DNA from: Phallusia mammillata
Taxonomy: Eukaryota
NCBI GenBank assembly: GCA_965637545.1
Contig: OZ281500.1
Location: 8,122,001 to 8,186,000, forward strand
Direction of reading: 5' to 3'
Length of the DNA stretch: 64,000 bases
Shown here: piece by piece, positions 13,486-26,932 of the stretch
How positions within the stretch are numbered: the first letter of the stretch is position 1
Layout of the letters: every line of letters begins with the position of its first letter
The notes under the pieces: model-generated
What the model saw: the letters and a program-made list of their open reading frames with translations, nothing else
What the model was told of the DNA's origin: nothing
The model's database searches: none
Translations under genes and position numbers: made by a program

Positions 13486-15021
13486 ATGGATGTTTCATGT
13501 TCAGAATATGAAGAAGTCAATTTACCAGAACGTTTTACAGTTTCTACTTTGGAGTTATGGAAAGAAATAAGGAAACAGGTAGAAAAGCTTAATGTTTTGG
13601 AATGTATTGAATGCTGTTTCGCATAACGAATGTGCGTTTAGGTGTGACAATACCGATATTTTCACCGACTGCTAGCGATTCACGCTTTGGCAATTCCGAA
13701 CTGTAAGGGCGCGTTTGTTTTGATTCTAATAATATTCACATACCCCTCGGTGTTTGCGCAACGCGGGATTTTAGACAGACACATATTTTGCGGTGAATTA
13801 CAACGGTGAGGTAACGTCTACTTGTCGTTTTGATAAACAAAGATCTACGGCGAGTGGAAATTGTCCTCAATTGAGTCATTGTGGGAATTTTTTACAGGGC
13901 CGTTTGCACAACAATGGACCCGTTATTGCTGTTGACATGAGAAATTTTCTTCAAGCAGAACAGCACCAGCTTGGACTTAGTCAAAACATGAAGCGATACC
14001 GCAGGTGAATTTCCACCTTCATGCCCCATCGTAGTCCACATAAATGCCGATTTTCACCTTGAAATTCAATAAGGTTGTAAATGTAGCTAATAATACACAT
14101 TTTTCAAGTTTAGCGAAACAGGTCATCAAAGATAAAACGCGTTTGTGTGGCTATGTAGAAAACTAATGCTTTTCAAATACTGTGTATGAAAGTTTTACAG
14201 TTCGTCACATTTCATGCTTAGCAGGGATTGATTTTATAGATGTAAAGCAGACTTGCCCGATTTACTTCCAAAAGCAAATCCCAATTTGCCCATCTACCTT
14301 CAAGATGTAGAAAAATTCAATATCGAATTGATGAACAGAACAGTTACAAAAGTTGAAAACCGCCTCCCCTCACTGGAAGGTATTGCAACGTACGCGAAAA
14401 GTCACATGAATAGTTGAATTGCACTGATACTTAAATGTATCGCTAAGCGACCATAAACACGCTTTCTAACTTTTTTGCCGGCGTTTGCTTGTAGTCTTAC
14501 ACAACAAGAAAAAAGAGTAGGCTATACTTAACTTTAACAAAAGAAAAATCTTTATTTGCACCAATAAACATTTGAAGTGCGGTTTCGCCTGTTCCTTACA
14601 AACCTAAACAATAAGTTGATGGAAAGCTTTTCAGGCAGGTTTAGGCTTTCACCTTAAGCAATGAATTTGGTAATAACTTTTAAAATCCAAAGAAACGACC
14701 TGGACCGGCTAAAACGTATAGCCACCGCCATACGTATTTTCAAATAGTTGCCAGCTACCCGAGTTTTATAACAAGAAATTGAAATCGGTTAAATTTATTA
14801 AGTTCTATTTATTCTCAGTTATTGAACAAGAAAAAGACGTGACCGCCCAGGCTCTAAAGAAAGCCTGGAAACACGGTTTAATTATCACCGAACAAGCGAG
14901 CCTGATTGACCCCAAATGGGAAAAGGCGGAAGAACAAAAATACGTCACCGACAAATTACGGCAGACTTCTGACAAAACACCTGCAGTATTGGCTGGCGTG
15001 CTTCATCACTGGCAAAGATAG
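13486..15021 (+). CDS. Uncharacterised 4-exon gene, about 180 aa
   Basis: Exons 13486-13578, 13898-14004, 14240-14379, 14819-15021 with GT-AG sites and matching phases 0, 2, 1 give one open frame: MDVSCSEYEEVNLPERF…NPNLPIYLQDVEKF…VENRLPSLEVIEQEKD…VLHHWQR. Confidence 0.7.
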
Positions 15022-16003
15022 CAAACCAAAAATTATGTGTTGGTTTTAATTTTAACGTTTTTGTTATGGATGGTTGGCGCTACAGAGTCGTGCCATAGAA
15101 ATACTTATTATTGCTTCCGTTTTTTATTTCATTTAAATAACGTTGTCGAAAGATTAAAAAGCAACCCGATAGCTATATAAGTTTGGACCATAATCCCCTA
15201 ATGTAGTGGTTTTCGAGCATCTTTTGGCTTACCATATGCTTAGAAAAATTGTTTTTGCGCCACCCTACGGCGAAATCACGAACTGTTGTAGTCAGACTTG
15301 TACAATCAAAATGAACTTTTAATTCAACAACTGCTTTTGCTTAAAATGTTGTGATATCCAATCAATCAATGGCACAAAAAACGCAATAGTATGATTAGGG
15401 GGACAAACATTTGCGAAAAAAAACTTTTTTATCATGATTTACACAACCAAATCAATAATCAAATGTTGATTATTAGCTTATATTAATTAGTAAGTCCATT
15501 GATGCTCTATTTAGAGTACACATTAACAAGTAAATATTAAAATATTGCTGTATATTAAATATTAAGTTATGATAAGTTTCGTCGACCTCGGTTTATTAAC
15601 ATTTTATTTAGCGAATGTTTTGGCGACTAAAATTTTTGACTTGGTCTGTATTTGCGCAATCGAAACATATTTACAGTTTTTTTGTCATGAATATTTGTAT
15701 TGCTTGTCGTTATAAAACTTAATTCATATCAACATATAAGCGTTTGTTCAGACATAAACCAAGTTGAATCTTTGCTAGGGTTAAGCAAGTCGAAAACAAG
15801 TCGGGTATAGCAAAAATATAACGTTGTGGATATATTTGGAAAGAAAGCTCAATGTCTGTTGTTTATGTTTACTGTGTGCTTAATGCACAGCACTTATTTC
15901 TTAGATTTAAGTTAAAAAATCATGAAAACATTTTTCGTACTTTTGTGATGTTTTCACCTGTCGTTTTCTACTTCGAACACCCAATAAACATTACCTTATA
16001 GAC

Positions 16004-16415
16004 CAGTGGTTCTCAAACTTTTTCACAATTTTTTTTCAAAACGGCCCCTTTGCCATTATTTCGAGGGCTCGCGGTCCTTAAGACTGAAAGTGTATTTCAG
16101 AAAAACGAAAGTTGATTGCAGGATTTTAGCTAGTTATGCAAAACTGCGCAAAGTAATGATCCGAAGACAGCTTGTGACATCAAAGACAAGCCAAGACATT
16201 AAGATTGTGCGCGAACAATTGTATTTTTCTTAGTTGTCATGCAATAAAGGCTATTGTTTAGCAATCGATTCGCAATTCTACTTTGATTTAAACTGATTCA
16301 GTGGCACAAACTGACGCCAAATAAGATTATAGAATTACTTCAACCTTTTCGCGGTCCGCCCAAAATTGCTTTACGGACCCCTAAAGGACCGCGGACCCCA
16401 GTTTGAGAACCGCTG
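16004..16415. mobile_element. 412-bp hAT (Charlie/Buster-like) MITE
   Basis: TIRs CAGTGGTTCTCAAACT / AGTTTGAGAACCGCTG; TSD TTATAGAC / TTATGGAC. Confidence 0.9.
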
Positions 16416-17462
16416 TTATGGACTATAGACCGAATACCGACAATTTATAGGTTTCTATCATTGCATGGGAATTGTTTATCGAACTTTCACACGTCTGGGT
16501 ATTGAATGGCTGTTCATGGATTAATTAACAGAACTAATTTTCCGGTCTTTAATTGAGGAACTATTATGGATGATAGCGTAATATGACGATAAGGCTGAAG
16601 GCAAATATTCCTCTAGCAACGACTAAGGAACGTGGGATGATCACCCTCAAAACGGTTCAGCAACGGCCATGAGGAGAAAAACGTTTTATTATTTTAACAA
16701 GCGTGTACTTATAATAAAAATAGTGCTCCGGCTTTGTGTTATTATTTCTTCGTTTCAAACAGCGACCGTTCCGAAATTAATCGCAAAACTCCATATTTGA
16801 AGGTCCGCGCTGCAATTAACTGCACGACAATACTATCCTGAGCCAAATACTCATTGTTTTTCTGACCGAGAATGACTTTGACTTCAAGGATAGATTAGGA
16901 CAGCGAAGTTTGTATTCATCATTCTTTATTAAAAAAATGTCCCGCAGTCAGCATGAAGCATTTACAATGGCGAACTTTAAATTTAACAATTACTAAGTTC
17001 ACAAAACCATTGGCAGCATGTAAAAACGCAGAATACATAAAATAAGAAATGCAACAATTACCAACAGTGTAGAAAAAAATACAACTTTATACAAACAAAC
17101 AAGTCATGACGTTTTTTCGCGACGTGCGCGGCCCATATCGCAACTGGAAAAACAAGTTAAATTTACGTTTTAAACCAGACTTATACTTTAGTGCCCATGC
17201 ACATGCAAATAAACTTTAACAGGTCCTCAAACATGGTAAAATTTAACCCCAAGAAGTAAATTACATACATGCGTTAGGGGGGATGTAAGTGAGCAAACCT
17301 TATTAAACGGCAATCACAGCTGTGTGAGGAAAATTCACGGTTTAGGTATTGTATCTTCAAAATCCGGAAAGAAAACAAATGAAGGAAGTTAGAAAACCTT
17401 AACACTTCCTTTAAAACCACGATATACTTTAGAATAACTGCGTCCAAATGCCAAAAAAATAG

Positions 17463-20400
17463 TTAGGCCGAATCGGTAAAATTGGTTGACCTTAACGCAT
17501 TCGGCTGTATACTCTGTTTGCGTACGACGGTCCTGGTGCCACAAGTGGTAAACAGACTCACGACTGCAGCGCGCAACCCTGACATGTAGTAGCAGAGGAT
17601 AAGAGGCGAAATAATGCAATATACCATGGAGACTGCGTAGGCGCTGAGAACCAAAGCCAAATCAATGCGACCACCCGGAGAAACGATGTCGACCATTATA
17701 ACAGCTATTGTGGGAGATGCACAAAGGATAAATAAGATCGAAATGATAAACATCAGCTTGAGGGTGACGTTGTATTTGCGGAAGGTAAAGCAACGAATGA
17801 CACTTTTCTTCCACGATGTGTTTTGAGGCTTGAAAGATTGAACATGAATATTTATTTTTGTTTCAAAAGAAGGTAACAATTAACAAATATCAAATTTCAT
17901 CTTCCATTTTAGTAAATAAGTTTACACATGAACTAACAGTTCAAACTAACAAAAGTAAATCACACGGAACCTCGTATTTTTTACAATAAAAATATGTTGG
18001 ACAATTGTTAATAAAGTATGTCTGGCAAAATAAAAAAAATAAAAAAAATGCCTCAACCAAACACACTTTTTTATGACCTATTTTGACTTATACCTCCGAC
18101 AAAAAGACGAAAAGGTTAATGATGTGTATTGGTCTCACGAAAACTACGTATTTTTACTAACCTTAATTTCCTGGACCGACTCGTTGTTGTTCGGGGAAAA
18201 ATCGTTTTCCGAAATCGAATTGGATGTTGATTTAATTCCTGGAAACAAACCAAGACTTTGCTATTCAAAGCAACACCGAAAATTTTGAAACCCTTTTAAG
18301 TTAAGCTACTCACGTGCAGATATTTCCACCTGTGGCACATAAACTGACTTTGATGAAGGCTTGGTGATCTGGCGGTATTTTTGCACAGTCATAAAGAACA
18401 CAACAAGAATACCGATGGTCAGAAGAAACCAAAGGATTGCGCAGGTTATCAAAAAAGCTTGTGACAACGGAGGATGAAGGCCTGAACATTCGTGGTAAAT
18501 ATCTGTAATTACACAAACAAATAAGCACATGTTTGGTTTGTTAAAAAAACCTTAATTTATATGTTTTACTAGTTTGGCAGAGGAACAGTGATGACCCATA
18601 GTAACCCGAGAAGCAAAGACATTTGTCGGCGCAGTTCCATCCCGCCACTGCTGACATGGAAAGAATAAATGGTCCAATCCAACCCACAGCAATAAGGAAA
18701 AAAGCTCGATTGCGTTTATGCTTTACCACATTTTCCTGTCGAAATAAATGCAATAACATTATGAAACCATCAAGTTTCGCCACATTATAGTTCAAGAGCC
18801 TTTAAACGCAAAGTAATTGTTCTTCTACTTTGGCTTCGCGGTGAACCCTTTATTAATTGTTTCTGCTACCTTACCAGACAAGGATAAACCTCAAACGCCC
18901 TTTGTTTGGGGAAGTTAGTTATCCTTTGTTCGAGGAACTAGTTTCACGTGAAGGTTAATGTTAAAACCAACTTGCTATCAGTCAAAACTTGAAAAAGGCC
19001 CGCGCAACTATATGTAGAATAGAAAAGCAACGTTTATGCAAAATGGAAAGTAAATTCACATAATATTATAACACCATAGAAATACAAGAAAAAACTTTTT
19101 TGAAAACCTAAACTTCACACCAAGTGCTGAAACTTAATTCACATTTTTACCATACTAACACTCGGTTGACTTGGGACTTAAGAAACCCAACCAAAATCTT
19201 AATAAAGCAAAGTCAGTCAATTTGAAACAAAACGTGAGTGCTTTATTGCCAACAAGAAAGCAAGACGTTACCTGGCAATTTTATACAGCGACAAACTAAT
19301 ATCACGTAAAAAGCTTGTTCGGAACTTACGTTGCTGCTGTCACTTGCAAACCTGTGCCTTCGTACGCCGGGACCAATAAAATAACTGCTTTCTCTGATGC
19401 CGTAGATCAACGATGAAACGTTAAAGCTCATTACCAGATAAATACACACAGTGAAGCTGGAGCGAAACGCCCACCATCTTTTCAAACTCTGATGACTGGG
19501 ATCGCCATGATTAATTCTGCAACAAAATCATGTTTTTCAAGCCTCAAACGCAAAAAGTGTCCCATATCATTTTTTACCATTGGTCCGGGTAAAATGCCGT
19601 AAATTATCACCATTAGTAAGCAGTGGTGGGATTCAAATTTTTGTCAGCCGGTTCTATCACAAAAGTCATATTTTTTCAGTCGGTTCTGTTACAAAAAGTC
19701 CATTGACAGTAACCAGTAATGCTAACCGGTTTGATGATCTCATAAAATTTCGTGAGACGGTTTTATAGAACCGGTGCGAACCGGCTGAATCCCACCACTG
19801 TTTGTATGTCAAATACAAGAAATAGTGTATCTAAGTTAAAATTGTTTGAATTTGTTTGATGACTAAAAAAACCTAAATCACAAATTACAACGCGTTAAAC
19901 CGGAAACAAGATTAAAAAGCATGAAAATTTGGAAAGTTTTTATCGGCCTGATCTTAAAATAAAGTTCATCTCTATTTTTGCATGCAAGATGGCCCAATCG
20001 CTTGTTTGTTCGTTGGGATTTCCATCAAAATTAAATGGCAAAACGCTGGGGTTTCAAGTTCTCTGTGCATCCTGCCATATATCACCAAACAATCTCCGGG
20101 GTTGAAAGCCATACCCTGGTGGCCCGGCACAATAAAAGTTGTGGCTTCCTGAGTAGGCACAGGTCGGTAATACATTTCGCAAATGGGTAATATGCGTAAA
20201 AACATAAATTCGACACTTACAACACTCGACGATAAAACGTTTGTTATGCCAACACATGAAAAAATGCATTTCCGCTAGGACACTATTATTTTTTATCAGG
20301 TATTATCGTCACAGATGTCTTGTAGCGAAAATGGCGTTTTCAATGGCGAGAAACCAATAACATCATAATCAAATTTTACTACATGGGCACAGTAAGCTTT

Positions 20401-21439
20401 ACAATACACTGCCACTTACTTGTGTGTTGTAATTGGATTATAGATGGCTTCAACGGCGAGACCACGGTTAATGAGGCCCAGAATGGAAAAGATTCCAAAT
20501 GTAACGTTGGCGGCCATCAGGCTGATCACATACGCGTAAACAAAGTTATTGCGTAACTTTGATCTGTACCGATAAGCCGCAATTGCAATCACCCCATTGA
20601 TAAGAACCTGCATGTAAGAATAATTTGAGTTGGTGCCTTTTGGTACAGTCAGTATGCAAACGTTTACTGTTTTCGGCAAATCTTTTTGCATATTTTACCT
20701 TACAATTGAAAATTGTATTAGTATGCTTGATGCAAATAGTGTTATTCAAATCAGTCTTTAGATTTTTTGTGGCTGTGTGCAGGTTTTTTTTTAAGGTTTG
20801 GTTTGGGTGACCGCTAAGTAGTTTTAAGAGACCGCAAGTGTTTGATTTAAATACCAAAAAATAGCCATTTCCAAATTTTGGAAAACCGCTGGAGAAATTT
20901 GATAACACCTTAAAAAAACACTGGCTGTGTGTGAACTTTCTCTTTGGGGGTCTTTGACAAAATGAAGACACCACTTTCTTTGATTACGTGCTTAAGCGCA
21001 CACGGCAACGAGAAGTGTTTGCCCAAAGTAGTAGATAAACATTATCATTACTTACACTTAAAATCAAACACAGCACATAACAATGATTTAAGTTCATGAA
21101 AAACAAGATGTAGTTTTTGACATTGATTTAAGTTCATGGCAGCACATATACATTCTGTTTTGTTAACAATTGCACTTCTCCGAATGAAATCACCCAAATT
21201 TATATTCTTAAACAGAATATTGTAAGTAAAAGTGTCATTAAGTTCAAAACAAATGGACGACCAAAACGAACGCAACAGATTACATGTTGACCGATAAATC
21301 GTAAAAGAATAGTTTGTTTAACTGCACTTTTATCCACTTGTTAACACACCTGTATCGCTGGTACAACAGAAAAATAGGCTGACGTATTGCTGATCTCTGG
21401 GTTACAGGTTACATTTGAGGGTAAACTTGTGTTATACAT
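17463..21439 (-). CDS. Orphan class-A GPCR, S1P/LPA/cannabinoid-receptor-like (paralog B), 7 exons, about 420 aa
   Basis: Exons 21439-21350, 20607-20420, 19516-19330, 18735-18570, 18502-18314, 18238-18162, 17828-17463, phases 0,2,0,1,1,0. Motifs KLRNNFVYAYVISLMAAN, SSLIYGIRESSYFIGPG, GWNCADKCLC, LCASP, YCIISPLIL. Confidence 0.9.
19621..19800. mobile_element. 180-bp hAT-type MITE in intron 2 of paralog B
   Basis: Perfect 15-bp TIRs CAGTGGTGGGATTCA / TGAATCCCACCACTG; degenerate TSD TTAGTAAG / TTTGTATG; second, interrupted copy at 45525. Confidence 0.88.
20780..20923. mobile_element. 144-bp hAT-type MITE (family 1), copy 2, in intron 1 of paralog B
   Basis: Near-identical to 3139-3283; perfect 8-bp TSD GCTGTGTG. 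Confidence 0.92.
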
Positions 21440-23966
21440 TGTTTATTTCACACTAATCTGTCAAAAAATTATAGATTATGCTTAAACAGTTTCCGCTGTG
21501 TGCTCTCTCTCTGAAACAATAATAATACTAATGTACATTGACCCGATTAAGCAACAGCAACAGCCGGCCTTGTAGTGGCCTCTTTCGCAGGATACACGTA
21601 TTGGTGTATTTTAGAACACTACGTCCAGAACGGAAATTTGTTACACCGTTTAACACTGCAGCGCAAGCATCATCGCTCGTATATCATCTCATCGTAGTAA
21701 CGTAGGCGCTACGTGGTTCAAGACAACCTTGCCCCTTTTCCTGTGACCTGCTTGGCGTGAAGTGACTGTCAGACTACTGAAGCTCATCGCATATCGATCA
21801 TCGCAGGTTATTTAACTTCTATATAAGGCCAAATGCTCGGGAAATTCGTCGGAGCTATTTTAAAATATCTCGGTGATAATTGCGCGTTTTAAACTGCAAC
21901 GATTTAAAACAGCTGTGTGCGTTGAAAAAATATTCACATCAGTCACGGAGGGGAAAGCCGTCGGTGACCAGCAACGGATGTATTTGTAGCCATGACGCTT
22001 ATTGTTTTCTACACCGTTAAAAATAAGATAATAAACAATAAAGTATAACACATTTTGCGCCTTGATAGTTGTGCAGCCGCTTTGTGGGCAATTAAGTATT
22101 GTGGGAAAATAAAAATACCTAAAACAACACATGCTACAGACCGTGCAGATATACAACACATATTTTCCATTGACCATTGCCGTTAAAACGGCGCAAAGGT
22201 TTCAGTTCAAAAATATAGTTATCGGCGTTATAGCGTACATTAATGTTTCCAACATTTTTTTAATATGCACTATTTTTACTTGAGGTCTTTAATTCTCAAG
22301 TAAAAAAATACCAATTGGAATGATAAGAAATTGCGAAGACACATTAATAAAAATTTGCCAAGATTGGTGGCGGAATAAACAACAGCAATGTAAAGAATAG
22401 GTGCCATTCGGAACTTTTTTATGGGTGACATTGTTTTTTTTCTCACAACTCATCAGAATATACCTCGCAGGAGTAACCCCTAAGCGTGTAACTTTTAGTT
22501 TTACCTTTTTTTACCTTTTTCTTAAGTTGTACCCTTTTCTTGTAAATGTCCTATATATACCACACATGCCTCCACTGTCATCATACATACAGTAAAATCA
22601 AACAAAGATATTACGTTTTGATTTCCGTTTGACCCATTTTTTATTTATGAATTGTACCAACAGAAGTCGTGCATCATCTCTTGGATGATTTTATAGTTAA
22701 CAACACCAACTAACACAATAGCCTGAATGACGTTGTGAAAGCTGTCGTACAACTCATGTTTACATTTGGCACTTTAAACTATGCTAACAGGTGTATCCGA
22801 CAGCGATTCGTATCTTTCCATACAGCGCTAAAACAGTGGGCGGCTGTGTAACTTTTCTGACTACTTATGTTCATATGCGTTTCACTTATCTTGTCGTTAT
22901 AACTGATAGGCTATGAACATCGAAGTTGACGGATAAGACACTCACGACACTACAACCGTCTGGAAGATTTCTTGACCCCTCGAACAAAAGAGTTACATAT
23001 AAACCGTCCATCCACTTTTTGGCATTCACCAACAGAGGAGGTGAAATTCTTTATTTAGCCATTTGACCAATGGCCCGAAACCCACACTTGCCAAATTGGA
23101 AGCTCAACTCATCTATATTGGGCAATTTGAAAGCGAAAAGACAATCGGCAAATCCTTTATCGCCAATGCGTTTCATCACTTTTGATCTGAATGGAATTCT
23201 GATTCACCAAACGTGGCAAGCACTTTTTCGTCTCAAGCATGACATCAAGTGGTGGCATGTCAAGTCTAACTTAAACGTTTCGTTAACCAAATTAATGAAT
23301 TTATGCGACTTAAAATTGCGGTATGAGGTGAAACTTTCGCGATAGCGATTGTAAAAAAGGTAAGATTGCCAAGCCTGAGTTTTAAAACGACTGACAAAAC
23401 GCAGCAAAAAGCCTGCACAGATGCTCGAAAGTACACACACTCGAAAAAAACATTAACGACACAAGTTGTTGCAATAATGTTACGCCAAACGTTATACCGA
23501 TAGCGCGCTAACTGAAAGAGATGCATGGAATGATGCATCCTTATGCATGGAAACTGGTTTCAGGCCATTTTAGGTCAACCACCAGCCCAATTAAAAGTAT
23601 GCCGTGGAACATTCCATTTACGAGCAAGGATAAAGTAAGCATACACAAAAAGCATTTTGACTTGAAATATATTTCTGTATGGCAGGTTGTCGAGAAGTAA
23701 TATATAATAGTTTATATGATTAGAAATTCACTTGACGTTCTGTGGACCTGCCAAAAACGTTACCATGAACCACTAGGGTCCATTAAACACCATGCAGTTA
23801 AAAACCACTGTTTAACCAACGTGAATGTTAAGCCAACGCAAGTTGAGGAGGGTTGTGTTTTGGGAAAACGGCGTTATTACGAGAACATTCAGTCACACCA
23901 TTTCAACTAAATTGTTTGTTGCTCTGTTTCCTAGTGGTTGATTAGACCAAATTTATTTGTAAAATC

Positions 23967-25810
23967 TTAGGTCGAAGTGGTGCTGTACGTGGACGGACCT
24001 CTTTGTATAACAGTTGTAGTGCAGCACGTAAAAAGGTTGAAAACGGCTTGTCTGAGACGCAGCATGTACACGACAAGGAGAACTGGAGTCAAAATGCAAT
24101 AGACGAGGGCGAAAGTATATGAAATTGTGACAGCGGATATGTTCAGTTTATCGATTACACTGCAGTCTAGGAAAATCGTAATAACAATAGGGAAAGAACA
24201 AACGGAAAACAACACGGCAATCCAAATCATCACCCGTACTGTGTAGTTGAAAGAAGACAGCTTACAGCAATTGACTTTCCCATTATGCTCGTTGGCCTGT
24301 AATATTAGCATCAAGTTTTCGTTTAAGTTTGTCTGGTTAATGAAACTATATAAGCAAACAATGAACGACACAACAAAAACACCCTGTACCAGTCATTTAA
24401 CCTCTGGCAACTGAAAGAGTATTACGTGCTAATGCATGCCAGTAGAAACTTACTACGTGAGGTTGGCCAATTTCGGCACTGATCGGTTCTGCTGCTGCTG
24501 CTTCATTGTCGGTTGCTAAAAGGTAACGTTATTGATTATTTTCCCGCACTTAAGTGTCTTCTGACGTTCTTAATGTGAACTTTTCACCTCTTTGAGACAA
24601 GCTCGGCGATCTTGAACTTTCCAGCGTAGAAACGAATTTTTTAATTGTTGTGAACAGCATTATACCTATGCCTAAAGCCAATACAATCCACAAGGAAGCA
24701 ATGACGAGGAGGAACGATGACGTCAACGGTGGCAAAATACGCGAGCAGCCATCTCCAGCTAAAACCACCATCAATTTTAAGGCAATTTCAGAATTTAACA
24801 AAGCAAAAACGAATACCTTCTCGACTGCAAAAATTCTGCCAGTCTGATTGAACACCATGGCAACTGCATTGTGACAAACAGTTCCAACCAGCCATGGCCG
24901 CTATGGCTAAAATTAAAGGGACGAACCAGGTTGCAAGCACAACAGCTATTGCTTTGTTTCGTTTCTGTCGTATTGATTTTCGTGATTTAATCTGAACAAT
25001 TAAAATTTAATGTGGCTTTAAGTGTTTACAGAAACGCAGACACTTCATATTTGTTGAGCTAAGATCATATGCCGCCACTAACAACAATATAGCTATAAAA
25101 AGTGGACTTTATACTTCCTCGTTCTATAACTTAGTCCAAGTGGAGCAAATTTAGATTGGTATATGACACCAACGTCCTAATAGATATGTGAAATTGATTC
25201 ATATATGTTTTTCGAACCTTTCTCCGAGCTGCAGCGGCAGATCCAGGGCCTACAAAGTAGGAACTTTCGCGCAAACCGTACATAAGTGAAGATACGTTGG
25301 CACTCATAACCAGGAACATCGTCAACACAGTAGCGTTCCGCCACACCCACCAGGTTTGCTGCCTTAAACCTTCTTGGCTGTCCTCGAAACTTAAATGTAA
25401 TAAGGTTTATAGTTAATTCATTCACTATAAACTTATTATTGACGTTAGGTAATTATTTGAAAGACTTGCTTAAAGGTGTAATAGATACTTACTATAATTT
25501 TGTTTCCTCAATAAGAAACACTCGGTTGGCCATAGTGTATCCAGCAAACAGTCCAAACACAATATTCGCTGCAAGCATGCTCAGCACATACAAATACACA
25601 TAATTGTTCTGTAGCTTCAATCTGCTTCGTATTGCCGCCACTGCCACCACAAAATTAAGCAGCACCTATTAGTAAACTTCAATGATCAAAAAACGTGGTT
25701 TTGTCAATTAAACTATTATTTTTATTTACCTGTAGTATTGGTATGGCTAAAGTAGCAGCAAAAATATCCGATTTTTCAAGTTGGCAAGTTCCATTGTTAG
25801 TGTTGTTCAT
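23967..25810 (-). CDS. Orphan class-A GPCR, S1P/LPA/cannabinoid-receptor-like (paralog C), 7 exons, about 387 aa
   Basis: Exons 25810-25730, 25665-25493, 25389-25218, 24991-24817, 24758-24588, 24515-24454, 24296-23967, phases 0,2,0,1,1,0. Motifs SSLMYGLRESSYFVGPG, GWNCLSQCSC, CSRILPP, YCILTPVLL. Confidence 0.9.
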
Positions 25811-26932
25811 GGTTGTAATCGATTTATTTCCTGTTTTAGTCGTTTAGTATCCAGCAGTATTTTATGTGCAGAACAATTTTTCTAATACCTCACATCTTTC
25901 CTTATTTTTTGTGAAAGAAATTCTATGTTATTCGCACTTACTCAAAATACCTTCTTAATCCAAATATAACAGCACAGGTTTGCCTACCACTGGTGTTTAC
26001 AGTAGAGTGACAGCTCACAGGCCAGTGACCAGTTCCTTGGGGAGATCTAATTGTCCAAATGCTTATAACCACAACGTCAGTACGTGCCAAACAATGCGTT
26101 TGTTGGCATCCAGAGTGCGTCTGTTTCCCGAGTTACGTAATGACCGGCTTTGCTGGCCACTGTTTACTGAGAAATGCCTATTTAGTGCACAAAATATACC
26201 CTATAATTGCTGTATATTTATCTGCTTGTAGCGGTCTTATAATAATGGCTTATAATGCAATATATTTGAACGGGTGCTGACTTGCTTTTAAAGCGCGAAT
26301 CTACTGTTACGGGTTTGCCTAACTTTTAATCCTACTATTGAATATAGTTCGCTACAGCAATACAAGGATTCGCTGTCCCATGTACTGCATAGTAAATTCC
26401 ATTAGGTCACTGCATATAGTAAATTTCGTTGCGTCACCTCCTAATGACTATCCCGTGAGCAGCTAAATGAATGTGACTAAATTTCGGTGAGTAAAATAGA
26501 GCTTCCTGCTTCTGTGTCATTGGAAGCCTGCATATCATTGCATTGTCAATCAATAATATTTCGTAATGTATGTCAACATTTGAAATTGTATTCTGGCTGT
26601 CCCCCAGCAATTAATTATGGCCGAATGAACCCGTTTGCAATTTTGTGCAAACAAATAATTGGATATACATACATCATTTAAAACCAATGCAGAGGTCAAA
26701 AAACTGTTTATTTAATCGAGTTTGTCTTCATGAAGATACTCTTTTCGTATGATGGATTTGATAATTATATTTTATGATTGCTAGATCTTTAAGACTTAAA
26801 GTTTGTTAAGACCTTTAAGACTTAAAGGGTGACGCTCATTTCTTAGAAAGAAAAACGCATGCACAAACACAGAAGATTGATTTTGGTCCTCTGATATTTA
26901 GATTTCAAGCTATGCTGGTAAACTGATAAAGC

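Noticed and set aside
21048-21121. Alternative first exon for paralog B (MNLNHCYVLCLILS)
   Set aside because: Exon 21439-21350 fits the family pattern far better (N-glycosylation sequons, conserved Cys, P.(I/L)Q donor end).
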